DNA from: an uncultured Nitrososphaerales archaeon
GTDB taxonomy: Archaea > Thermoproteota > Nitrososphaeria > Nitrososphaerales > Nitrososphaeraceae
Direction of reading: 5' to 3'
Assembly: GCA_963695855.1 (NCBI GenBank)
Contig: CAVOHZ010000010.1
Location: 640,001-704,000, forward strand
Length of the DNA stretch: 64,000 bases
Below are positions 40,162 through 49,530 of this stretch, piece after piece (positions within the stretch are counted from its first letter, which is position 1; every line of letters begins with the position of its first letter). A program made the translations under genes and the position numbers. The notes below the pieces were generated by a model, which was given only the letters and a program-made list of their open reading frames with translations, made no database searches and had not been told where the DNA came from.

Positions 40162-42303
40162 TTATATAGATATTAATGAAATTTTATGAGAACCACAATA
40201 TTCACAAATTCTATTATTAGTACATGGGGATCGTTTTCCACAAATATTGCATATGGTCAACCTAAAGGTCATCCGAACAAAAGGGAGATCGAGTGATGAT
40301 TCAATTAACGTTCTAACCTCTTTATCGGTAGAAATATTTTCAATATCGAGATCAATAGAAAGATTTCCTTTCAGAATATTTTCTACAGCACAGTAATGAT
40401 CACATACTGATTTCAAAGAAAGATTATTTGATAGGACATCTGTACCTTTAACTTGAAAACCTTGTGAATAAAGCTCATGTTTATCGTTAAATGAATTGTC
40501 GGAAATTGCAATAGATTTACCGTATTTCTCATTGTCTAGACTCTTGAATCGATTTGAACTTTCATCTTTTAATATAGCTATCCCTAGACTTGAATTTGAT
40601 GATTCTTTAGCCTGTTCACTTATTATATCTACAGCCGTCTGTAGAACTTTACAAACAATATTTTCACATTCGTTTCCAGATTTGTAACCTAAAATGTTAT
40701 AAATTGATTCATTAATTCCAACTAAATTTATCATAGCATCTATCTTACCGAGTTGGAGATTTGAAGTAATTTTTGCTAGGAGTGGTGTAGTTCCCTTTTG
40801 TATATGCTCGGATATATTACTCACACGCTGATAGATGACAGATATTAAAGGTTTAAGCAATAACGCAAGTCTTGCTCTAAAATATGTCTCATCTCTATTT
40901 GATTGATATGCTATTCGTGGGAGATTTATTGACAACGATTGAAGTGTTACTACCGTAGTTTTTACGGAAGGATGAACTGGTTTGCAAAGGCCGTACCTTC
41001 CCCGTATTTTTTGTTGAGAAAATGAGATAATTCCACCAAGTCTAGAAATCTTTGCAATTTTATCAGTGTATTTGTAAATGGTGTTTCGGTCTTCACAGAC
41101 AAGAGACAAACCAATATTGGGGATAGGAGTATTTACTGTGTACCTGTAGTATCCATCAATTACGATATCTATCAGGAAGGAATTAGAGTCATCTAGATTG
41201 ATAGGCAATGTGATGTGAGGGGAAAATGAGGAAACAGATGATATCGAAGATGAAAGAAAAAGGATTTTAGAAAATTTATTAACAAGGTTTTCGTCAGTCT
41301 GAGCATATTTCGCAAGAAACTCGATGAGTCCTTCTAAAACCACTTCACGAGAAACCTCTCTAGTTAAAAGAGAGAGTAACAAAGGAATAATTGAATCATA
41401 ATCATGTGCATTACATAAGGAGGTTATCTTTGAAATCCCTAGATACTTCCCTTTAATATCAGAAAGACTATCTACTACAGAATTTAGATTGATGAAAATT
41501 GTATCAGGAAGTAAATTCCAGAATCCGCTCTTTCCAATATTAATTTCACCCATCAAATGCATGTCTACGATATCTTTTGGGAGAGAATTATTAAGCAGAT
41601 ATTCAGTAAAAATTGAAGATGACGTTTTTATGAAAAGATCAGGAATTTCTACATTGGACCTTGTATCATTAATAATATTTATCAAATCTATTGGGGGTAT
41701 TCCTAATCTTGCAAGTTTATTCCTATATTCATCATATCCATGATCTACTAGCACTGAATTGGTAGTTTCCCTTATTAGTGATGATGTAAGATAAGAGGTT
41801 TGAATTTTGTAGATCTTATTCTCCACTTCCTCCGTAATCTTATTTGCAAGTTCCAAAGGCATATTGGCCTCACGTACTAAAGACTGAATGATTTTATTAG
41901 AATCAAATTCTTCTATCGAAGGTTTGGTAGTCCTAACATACAACTTGCCGCTTTCTATTATCGATCTTTCCTCTATTTGACGAGCGAGACTTAAAACTAA
42001 TTTACCTAGATTAGTTATAGTATATCTCCTTTCTGCCTTGTTAAGAGACACTAAAGATTGTCTGAGTAATTTTCTTAGATGATAAGCAAATTTCCCAGAT
42101 TCTTTCTTTGATTTAAATCCTGCTAATGATTTTAATTCAGAATAGGTTAATGGTCCCTTAGAATTTAAAATTCTGAGAATATCAATACGATTGGGACTAG
42201 CCATGACTGAAAAAATCATTCTTACACGTCTTGAAGCTGACTCTAAAATTCCACCACGTTTCAAACTAGTCCTATTTGTGGTTTGGTATTGTACTCGCTC
42301 CAT
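40162..42303 (-). CDS. Winged-HTH + ATP-cone + degenerate class III RNR (NrdD-like) fusion lacking the glycyl-radical motif
   Basis: ASPNRIDILRIL...AYHLRKL...YTITNLG (ArsR-type wHTH); EEFDSNKIIQSLVREA cone; SINLPRIA, LVGINE, ESSNRFKSLD.EKYG, CNICG...CEYCG then stop; no RxxGY. Confidence 0.85.
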   Translation of the reverse strand: MERVQYQTTNRTSLKRGGILESASRRVRMIFSVMASPNRIDILRILNSKGPLTYSELKSLAGFKSKKESGKFAYHLRKLLRQSLVSLNKAERRYTITNLGKLVLSLARQIEERSIIESGKLYVRTTKPSIEEFDSNKIIQSLVREANMPLELANKITEEVENKIYKIQTSYLTSSLIRETTNSVLVDHGYDEYRNKLARLGIPPIDLINIINDTRSNVEIPDLFIKTSSSIFTEYLLNNSLPKDIVDMHLMGEINIGKSGFWNLLPDTIFINLNSVVDSLSDIKGKYLGISKITSLCNAHDYDSIIPLLLSLLTREVSREVVLEGLIEFLAKYAQTDENLVNKFSKILFLSSSISSVSSFSPHITLPINLDDSNSFLIDIVIDGYYRYTVNTPIPNIGLSLVCEDRNTIYKYTDKIAKISRLGGIISFSQQKIRGRYGLCKPVHPSVKTTVVTLQSLSINLPRIAYQSNRDETYFRARLALLLKPLISVIYQRVSNISEHIQKGTTPLLAKITSNLQLGKIDAMINLVGINESIYNILGYKSGNECENIVCKVLQTAVDIISEQAKESSNSSLGIAILKDESSNRFKSLDNEKYGKSIAISDNSFNDKHELYSQGFQVKGTDVLSNNLSLKSVCDHYCAVENILKGNLSIDLDIENISTDKEVRTLIESSLDLPFVRMTFRLTICNICGKRSPCTNNRICEYCGSHKISLISI

Positions 42304-42338
42304 TGCACCCGTTATAATTAACAAGTAATTAAAACTAC

Positions 42339-42360
42339 TTTGTAAAGTTTTTTTTACAAA
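42339..42360. promoter_or_regulatory. Perfect 8-6-8 inverted repeat upstream of the HTH-NrdD-like gene
   Basis: TTTGTAAA-gttttt-TTTACAAA, 36-57 bp upstream of ATG 42303. Confidence 0.5.
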
Positions 42361-42410
42361 TAATATAATGTATTGTAATTAACCAATTGAACAAATAAAA
42401 TTAATAATTG

Positions 42411-43019
42411 TTATATCAGAACTGGTTGACCTTCATGGAACTCATTTTCTTGTGCCTTGTAAATTCGTTTCTTATGTATATGACTAGGTACTTCCGGAAG
42501 CTTGTTTTTGGTATCCTCTTCCATTAAGGATTGTACTTCATTAAGAATGTCCAATGCCTCAGAGTTTACAGGAAAGTGAATAGTATCTGACTGTAAGTTT
42601 AGGCTGGTATTAACCAAAACATCATCAGTTAACGATGACATTTCTGAGAAAAGTAGTTTTGCTTGTGGAACTGTATCAGCTATATCTATCTGAACTTCTT
42701 TTATTGTATTAATCATTGGATTTATTGTATCTAAAATTCCAGCAAATTCGGAAATAGTAGAAAATCTAATAACTGTTCCCTCCAGTGCTATTGACAATTT
42801 TTGTGTTATATTTTTTATTTTCCTAATATTTACCAATTCGCGAGCAATGACTTTAGCGTTACTAGTATCACCGTTCTTTACTTTAATTGCAACTTTAACA
42901 GATAATTCCCTATCAAGCGAGGCGAACCTTTTCTCAAGTATCCTCAGTTTAGCAAGCTGTGTATTAACAACGACGGTTGCATGAGCAAGTCTGTTTTGAA
43001 GCTGGGGATACTTTTCCAC
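42411..43019 (-). CDS. CdvB / ESCRT-III (Snf7) family paralog
   Basis: Coiled-coil Snf7 core (AKVIARELVNIRK...LEGTVIRFSTI), EALDILNE, LPEVP MIM-like tail; no C-terminal wH domain. Confidence 0.85.
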   Translation of the reverse strand: MEKYPQLQNRLAHATVVVNTQLAKLRILEKRFASLDRELSVKVAIKVKNGDTSNAKVIARELVNIRKIKNITQKLSIALEGTVIRFSTISEFAGILDTINPMINTIKEVQIDIADTVPQAKLLFSEMSSLTDDVLVNTSLNLQSDTIHFPVNSEALDILNEVQSLMEEDTKNKLPEVPSHIHKKRIYKAQENEFHEGQPVLI

Positions 43020-43116
43020 AACATCGTATTAATTTTCAGGATGTTAACTTTAATGTTAACCAATGTAGACAAATTGATAAAGCATTATAAATTAACAAAA
43101 CAGCACATAGTTTAAT

Positions 43117-43503
43117 TCAGATTTTTTTAATTACTAGACCATGTTTTTCATCGAATCCAACTACCTTTACTTTTGAACCTATTGGTAAATCTGATGGAGA
43201 TTTAATCCCAGGAAGAAAACCAGACACTCTAATAGGAGCACTTTCAAGGGAGAATACTACCCAAGCATAACTCTCTACGTCGTCAAATCCTTCGGGAGGG
43301 ACTGCATGGATCGTGAAAGTAATTACTTTACCAATACCATCCAACTCTACTACATCAAACTTATTATTTTGACATTTAGTACAATAGACCATCGTTTCTA
43401 AAATAAGTGTATTACAATTTCTACAACTTCTAACTAAAATCTTGGAATTTTTTGCAGAAGATATGAATTTCTCTCTTAATGCAGAATTCAGTACATCTTT
43501 CAC
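43117..43503 (-). CDS. DUF35 Zn-ribbon/OB-fold protein (thiolase partner)
   Basis: CRNC...CTKC, GKVITFT, PPEGF, IGSKV; directly follows the thiolase. Confidence 0.9.
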   Translation of the reverse strand: MKDVLNSALREKFISSAKNSKILVRSCRNCNTLILETMVYCTKCQNNKFDVVELDGIGKVITFTIHAVPPEGFDDVESYAWVVFSLESAPIRVSGFLPGIKSPSDLPIGSKVKVVGFDEKHGLVIKKI

Positions 43504-43512
43504 TTTACGCGC

Positions 43513-44667
43513 TTACACCTTTTTAAAAATATGAACTGCTGCACTAGCACCTGTAGCTCCAAAATTATGAGTAAGAGCTATTTTGGCATTCTTAATCGTT
43601 CTCTCTCCTGCCTTACCACTAAATTGGTCATATACTTCAACTATTTGTCCTATACCCGTTGCTCCAATTGGATGACCTTTGGACTTTAAACCCCCAGATG
43701 GGTTAATTGGAATTCTTCCTTGTCTTGATGTAGCACCATCCCTGATTTCTTTTACAGCTTTTCCCTTTTGAAAAAATCCTAAATCTTCAACATCTATTAT
43801 TTCCGCTATAGTAAAACAGTCATGAACTTCTGCAAAATCCACATCCGTGGGCGAAATATTTGCCATCTTGTATGCCTGATTTGCAGCAGCAACGGTACTT
43901 GGAATAGTGGTTATTTCTTCTCGTCCTTGGACTGCTGCTGGTGAACCTCCGCGACCAGATCCTATCACTTCTATATATTCTCTGCCACTTTTTTTTGCGA
44001 AATCTTCACTACAAACAATAACTGCTGATGCACCATCAGAAAAAGGACAGCAATCATAAAGTTTCAAGGGAGAAGCTACAACTGGAGAATTTAATACATC
44101 ATCTACTGTTATTCGCTTACGCATATGTGCCTTTGGATTCAATAATCCATTTTCATGATTTTTAACAGCCACAAGTGCCAGATCCTCTTCATTTGCTTTA
44201 AATTTAGTCATATAGGCTCTAGCAATGGACGCAAAAAGTCCAGGAAAGGAAGCACCATTGCCACCTTCATAAAAGAAATCAGAACAGTAAGAAAAGAGTG
44301 TCGTACTCTCTGTCGTTCCGGTGTGAGTAATTTTTTCCACTCCCAGAGCTAAAACACAATCATAAAAGCCAGCGGCAACATTGGCATATGCTTCTCTAAA
44401 CATCACAGACCCAGAACCACATGCAGATTCTATTGTAAGACCAGGAACATGAGATATACCAAGATTACTCATTATGACAGGAGCCATATGTACTTGTTTA
44501 TCAACAACACCGAAAACGTTGGAGATATACCCAGCCTCGATATCTTTTGGAGTAATTCCTGCTGATTCTATTGCATCTACTGAAGCGTTTAATGCTATTT
44601 CAATAATACTTTCATCTAATTTACCATATTTTGTACTACCTGCTCCTAAAATGCAGACTTTATTCAC
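43513..44667 (-). CDS. Archaeal thiolase (acetoacetyl-CoA thiolase type)
   Basis: ESACGSG, DCCPFSDGA, AEVHDCF, NPSGGLKSKGHPIGATG. Confidence 0.93.
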   Translation of the reverse strand: MNKVCILGAGSTKYGKLDESIIEIALNASVDAIESAGITPKDIEAGYISNVFGVVDKQVHMAPVIMSNLGISHVPGLTIESACGSGSVMFREAYANVAAGFYDCVLALGVEKITHTGTTESTTLFSYCSDFFYEGGNGASFPGLFASIARAYMTKFKANEEDLALVAVKNHENGLLNPKAHMRKRITVDDVLNSPVVASPLKLYDCCPFSDGASAVIVCSEDFAKKSGREYIEVIGSGRGGSPAAVQGREEITTIPSTVAAANQAYKMANISPTDVDFAEVHDCFTIAEIIDVEDLGFFQKGKAVKEIRDGATSRQGRIPINPSGGLKSKGHPIGATGIGQIVEVYDQFSGKAGERTIKNAKIALTHNFGATGASAAVHIFKKV

Positions 44668-44820
44668 TTTAGTGATTTATTATGTGTATTATAAAAATGT
44701 TAGACTTTATCTATATTGAAAAATAATATTTGTATATAATTTTATCAATCAATGATTAAAGCAAAAAAATAACTTTTTTTATTTTCTACATTTTTATGGA
44801 TCTATTACTTTACTAAAAGG

Positions 44821-44925
44821 ATGTCAAAAGATAACCGTAAAACTTATGCATACAGTGAGAAGAGATCTAGAAGTAAAAAGATTGGAAAATTAGAACGCAG
44901 AATCAGAAAAAAACCAAAGGCGTGA
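44821..44925 (+). CDS. Small highly basic protein (34 aa)
   Basis: MSKDNRKTYAYSEKRSRSKKIGKLERRIRKKPKA; ATG-TGA ORF with coding-like composition amid AT-rich flanks. Confidence 0.6.
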   Translation: MSKDNRKTYAYSEKRSRSKKIGKLERRIRKKPKA

Positions 44926-44986
44926 TTTCTGATAAAAATATATTTCCAACCTAAAATTTATAAATATTTTTTTTTATTGAAAATTA

Positions 44987-45100
44987 TTGAAAAATAGTAA
45001 TTCAAATGCAAAGAAAACTACAAAAAAAGGGATAGTAATAACAGCAATAATTGTTGTTACGATAATAGCTACTAGTTTTTTAGTGTATTTCATTCCTTAA
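44987..45100 (+). CDS. Small single-TM protein (37 aa)
   Basis: TTG start, ...KKTTKKGIVITAIIVVTIIATSFLVYFIP; TTTATAAATA box at 44957-44966. Confidence 0.55.
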   Translation: MKNSNSNAKKTTKKGIVITAIIVVTIIATSFLVYFIP

Positions 45101-45199
45101 ATCAAAATGACAAAAACACAATATTCATTGTAATAATTTTTTTTATCTAGGGAAGCAGAAAGAGAATAGAAATACTAAACAGTTTCCAATAAATTATTC

Positions 45200-46212
45200 G
45201 ATCTTCTCCGAAGGTACTTATATTTTTTTATTTCGTAAGAATTACATTTAAAAGATCGTAAATTTGATGATAGCAATTAAAAATTCGATCTTTACATTTC
45301 TATACCAACTATATGTCTACTTTTTTACTCGGAAGTCAGTATAGACGATATGGATCAAATTATCCAAAATACGTGATAAAACGTTTGTCTAAACAAAAGA
45401 GAACAAGCTCGATAGGTGCAGCTACAAATTTCAAACATTTAGTAGAAGATAGATTTCTAAAGCTTCTTGTATATAACGAATTATATAACCAACTTCACTA
45501 TCATGATTTTTGATTGACGTAGATCAAAGCAACATATATAGAGATATACAATATGGAACCTCTAGTAAAAAGTTGTATTCCTCTACTTCGAAAATTATAC
45601 CATCGTACACGAACATTAAGAACTGCAGATAGAAGAGGCAGAGAATACTTCCCAGGGTTTAAAGTGTTTGTAGACACAATCTAACAAGAGATACAAACAA
45701 AAAGATAACAAGTAGATAAAAAAATGTTATTCTGGTAAGAAAAGACCTACTGTAAAGACACAAGTGATGGTAAATTCTCATGGAAAGATACTCCGTAATT
45801 CAAAATACAAGAAAGGAAATAAGCATGATTATTCTGTTTACAAACAAGAATAATGATACAATAACACCAACAAATCTAGAAAATTATTATGATCTTGGCT
45901 ATAAAGGGTTAGAAAATGACTTGCCAAATATCAAAATAGTATTACCACTAATAAAGAAGAAACGTATTGGTGAATTCACGAGACAAGTAAAGGGATGCGA
46001 CAAAACATGTTCTAGACAGAAAGTAATTGTTGAACATCTCATATGTAAAGAAATTTGATATTATGGGAAACCGATACAGAGAGATTGAAGTGGTATGCTG
46101 TAATCCTGATATTGTTTCTGGTCTGGTCAATTATCGAATAAAATACTAGCAGATAATCGTAATTTATTTCAATTTTAATTAAGTGTGGATTTATCTAATT
46201 ACGCAAAAGATC
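45200..46212 (+). mobile_element. Degraded IS5-family (ISL2-like, DDE_Tnp_4) element
   Basis: DRFLKLLVY, DQSNIYRDI, YFPGFKVFVD, YSGKK, DLGYKGLE, KVIVEHLIC, DIVSGLVNYRI remnants; imperfect TIRs GATCTTCTCCGAAG / TTACGCAAAAGATC. Confidence 0.85.
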
Positions 46213-46214
46213 TA

Positions 46215-46560
46215 ACCAGTAAGAACGAGTAAAAAATTATCTGCCTAAAATTATAAGAACCTATTCCGTCATGTTTTGGATCTTTGCTTAAATATTTTTA
46301 GACCGGTAAGATAAGATATAATGTCATTTTGCATCATGTTGCCAAAGTATTTGTCAGAATGAAAATTTCACAACCATGCAAGAACTTCCAATTTTCCTTC
46401 TTTTGTAGTTTCTTTGTCAAAGTTCTATATCATCATTCTGCATGTAAGCAGGAATTAATTTTGCACTGTCTGGATTTTATAACGTGACATTTTCTTTAGT
46501 GCAGAGTTAATATACGGTCTGTGGAATCTAGGTAAAGACCACATTAGTTGTTAAATTGAA
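46215..46560 (-). pseudogene. Second tyrosine-integrase N-terminal remnant, truncated by the IS
   Basis: RPYINSALKKM..NPDSAKLI...TTKEGKLEVL...NDIISYLTGL...IGSYNFRQIIFYSF aligns by eye with the N-terminus of the 48330-49192 integrase. Confidence 0.75.
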
Positions 46561-46692
46561 GCATTTCCATCATCATATAATCTTGTTGTATCCTTGCACG
46601 TGATTTCAATTTACTGCTATTCCTTTTTAGGAATTACAACCAATAAAACCCCGTTTATATTATTGATTATTGCTAAGATCGTGTAAGTATCA

Positions 46693-46713
46693 CACCGACA
46701 GAGGGATTTGAAC
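46693..46713 (-). repeat. att-like degenerate copy of tRNA-Ser 3' end
   Basis: caccgacAGAGGGATTTGAAC vs cgccgggAGAGGGATTTGAAC (49256-49276): 14-bp exact core, 18/21 overall. Confidence 0.75.
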
Positions 46714-46879
46714 AATAGTCACGATCATGGGTTTATATCTAAAAATTGCTAGAGAAATCATAGACTAATTAAATTAATTAATACATTACTCTAGTGATAT
46801 TGATTTATTATTGTGATAACAACATCTGCAATAGTCTAGAACAAGTCTTTCCATGAATACAATGAATTAGTCCTATCAT

Positions 46880-47002
46880 GTATTTTCCTTTTTTTTGTCA
46901 CTTGTTTTGTTTATATCTACTTACTCATTTTCAATGGTATTTTCCTTTTTTTTGTCACTTGTTTTGTTTATATCTACTTACTCATTTTCAATGGTATTTT
47001 CC
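46880..47002. repeat. Perfect 57-bp tandem duplication (about 2.2 copies)
   Basis: Units start at 46880, 46937, 46994. Confidence 0.92.
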
Positions 47003-47815
47003 ATCAAACACCAATTAAAAACCGTATATATATACCAAAAGCTCTACCCTTCAATCACATTACCATAGTTACCAAGATATTTAGAATCACAGGTTGGTGA
47101 TTACTCTGGATTTTCTAGATAAAAACATTGAATGTATGTTATTCTCAAATTTGCTTTCAAGAAAAAATAATAAAATCTTACGTAGCGGTTGAATCAATCT
47201 TATTAAAAGAAACAGTGAGAAATTCAGAGTCTGTGTCTTGTATTGATTCATCAATTGATTACTAGCCAAGGAACTTAAGATATTACCGAGAGACTGAAAT
47301 TGAATGTTTCTTATTTATTATTAGCGATACTGTTGGAATATTACTATTTTCTTCATTACTATCAGTTACTTTGAATGTAGATTTATCTACTCCAGTCAAC
47401 TTTTTATCATCTCGCGTACAAGTGAGAGTACATATTGGTCAAAATTACTTGCAGTATAATTGCATTTATCTTGGAGGAAAAGATAAAGGAAATTTATAAG
47501 TCAAGTGTCTTGTTAGTTATCATATCATTTAACTAAAATAACTAAATTTTTGAATGTCTATACAGAAAACTAAAAGATGGTGTGATGACATCCATGATGA
47601 CACTCACTTGGACATATGGGTGACTATGTCTTGTTTTATTATTATTTTAATGATATCAACGAATCATATCAATTATATACAAAACGCTAATTGAAATAGA
47701 TGTTGATGTCTTCTGTACTAGTTTGTTGGCTCGGATGTTGTTTCACCAAAAAATCATGCGTCAATAGACTATCTTTATTTGTTATGAAAATGGAATAATT
47801 TTGACCCATCTTCAA

Positions 47816-48043
47816 TTAATTAAAATAATCTTCGACTAGATAACCGCAATCACGGCACTCTAACCAATCAAAAGAGTTGTATGGTAATTCACCATCAATT
47901 AATTCCTCCTTTTTGTAAAGACGTGGACCCAATTGGACAGTAATTCCTTCTTGTTGGCAAAGAGGACACCATTTTGTAGTAAAGGTATGTCTTTTCTCAT
48001 CAGTTCTTTGCAAGTTCTTATATTTCAAATGTATTATCTTCAT
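47816..48043 (-). CDS. Small Zn-ribbon-like protein (75 aa) of integrated element
   Basis: WCPLC...LGPRLY...WLECRDCG. Confidence 0.65.
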   Translation of the reverse strand: MKIIHLKYKNLQRTDEKRHTFTTKWCPLCQQEGITVQLGPRLYKKEELIDGELPYNSFDWLECRDCGYLVEDYFN

Positions 48044-48329
48044 CGTGTATCTTACTTCCGCGTTTATCTCACATTAACAGATATCCCAAGAGTAATAAAA
48101 TTATATATTTATAAAAATATATTTTCACCTTTCAATTATATTTTAACATTAGATAGATAGAAACTCGAGACTCTTACTCTTACTCTTACTCCAAAGTAGG
48201 AGTACTAGAATCCAAATATATATAATTCAAGACACTAACAAACTTATTTTATAATATAGAATAAATAAAAAATCTGTACTTGTAAAATAATAGATTAATT
48301 AATTAAAATAAAGTAAATTTTAAATCCTA

Positions 48330-49192
48330 AAATTAATTTTGGAAAAAATTTTTTTGTAATAATCCTGATAATGACTAGCTGATCCATCATACGTCATTTT
48401 CAAACTATGTGTATTTTTTGATTAAGATACAAAAAGCCATGAATCCAGATTTTGGCCCTGCAGATGGCCGTTCTGAGGCCAGTCTTTTACATACGGTAAA
48501 CTATCAATAAGAGACAAATTCCTGGACCCTGATTTCCCTTGCTTTATCTCGATTTCTGCGTACTGTTCACCATCTTCAGTGCTTTAAATAGAATATCTTT
48601 TATCTTTAGATTCAAAAGTTCGTGCGCCCTCTCTGCGGTATCTATGGTCATAGCATGATAACAGCGATCTTGTTTTCAGGGAAAGTATTTCAAAAATATG
48701 GAATGTTCTCTTACGTGCAAGAAATCTGAATGGTTGTGTCTTGCCACCTCTTTTTTATTGATGCTCTTGGTTACCTTCACATAGCCGGGAACGATTCTCT
48801 TTTTTGGGTCCTTTTCATGTTGATTATACAAGCACTTAAAGAATGAGTAGAAGATTAACTGTCTGATATTGTGAGATCTTATCCAGTTCTGTTTCTGACC
48901 TTCTGATACCGGTTATTTAAACTATTCAGATAAGATAGAATACCGTCCTTTGTCATATTTGTAAAAGATTTAACAGAATCAAAATGATTAGATATTCAGA
49001 TCAGAACCTTACTTTTTCCATCTTTAGTAAACTCATTGATATTGTATCCTATTTGAGAGTTAGTGATTTAATAGCAGATCAATCTTGCATTTTCTGGATT
49101 TCCCGCGCAAGTTTTCTAGATGCGGTCCTAATGTAAGTCCTTTGCAATGCACTCAAAGATTCGATTCTTCGCTGTATTGTGATGTTATCCAT
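48330..49192 (-). pseudogene. Tyrosine integrase pseudogene (thaumarchaeal tRNA-targeting type)
   Basis: EHSIFLKYFP*KQDRCYHAM..DTAERAHELLNLKIKDI, GKSGSR...LIDSLPYVKDW; stops and frameshifts; HxxR/Y C-terminus not found. Confidence 0.88.
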
Positions 49193-49252
49193 TGCAATTA
49201 CCTTTGAAAAACCAATCTTATCTTATTAAACCGCCGTATGAACCCCGAAGAA

Positions 49253-49351
49253 TGGCGCCGGGAGAGGGATTTGAACCCTCGGGACCATGCGGTCACAGGC
49301 TTTCTTGATGACTTTCCAGGCTTGCGCCCTTCCAGGCTAGGCGACCCCGGC
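49253..49351 (-). tRNA. tRNA-Ser(GGA) with 12-nt intron at 37/38 (49302-49313), CCA encoded
   Basis: GCCGGGG acceptor, CT-GGA-A^intron^A loop, long variable arm GACC-GCAT-GGTC, GAGGG-TTCAAAT-CCCTC, 3' GCCA. Confidence 0.92.
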
Positions 49352-49530
49352 ACTAAAATATGCAATAACCTTGAACCAATTTATTTATCCTTCGAAAATA
49401 TAATCTATTGGATGATTGACTGATTTTATTTTTTCGAAAAGTTAAATTTTGGACTGAAGTCAATAAAGTATTTGTATAGATTTTCTCGAGATAAAATAAA
49501 AATATGGCATAAGATGAAAAATAACGGAGA

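Larger units (their letters stand above)
46693..49276. mobile_element. Decayed integrated element at tRNA-Ser(GGA)
   Basis: Bounded by att copy and tRNA; integrase pseudogene adjacent to the tRNA. Confidence 0.8.

Noticed and set aside
40162-42303. Functional anaerobic ribonucleotide reductase (nrdD)
   Set aside because: No RxxGY glycyl-radical loop, no clear catalytic Cys motif, no nrdG in window
46880-47002. CRISPR array
   Set aside because: Adjacent identical units with no spacers and no cas genes; no CRISPR array seen anywhere in the window
49300-49315. Alternative Leu(CAA) anticodon hidden in the tRNA-Ser intron
   Set aside because: No pairing stem can be formed around TCAAGA
49238-49423. 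61-aa ORF in the track
   Set aside because: Antisense translation of tRNA-Ser
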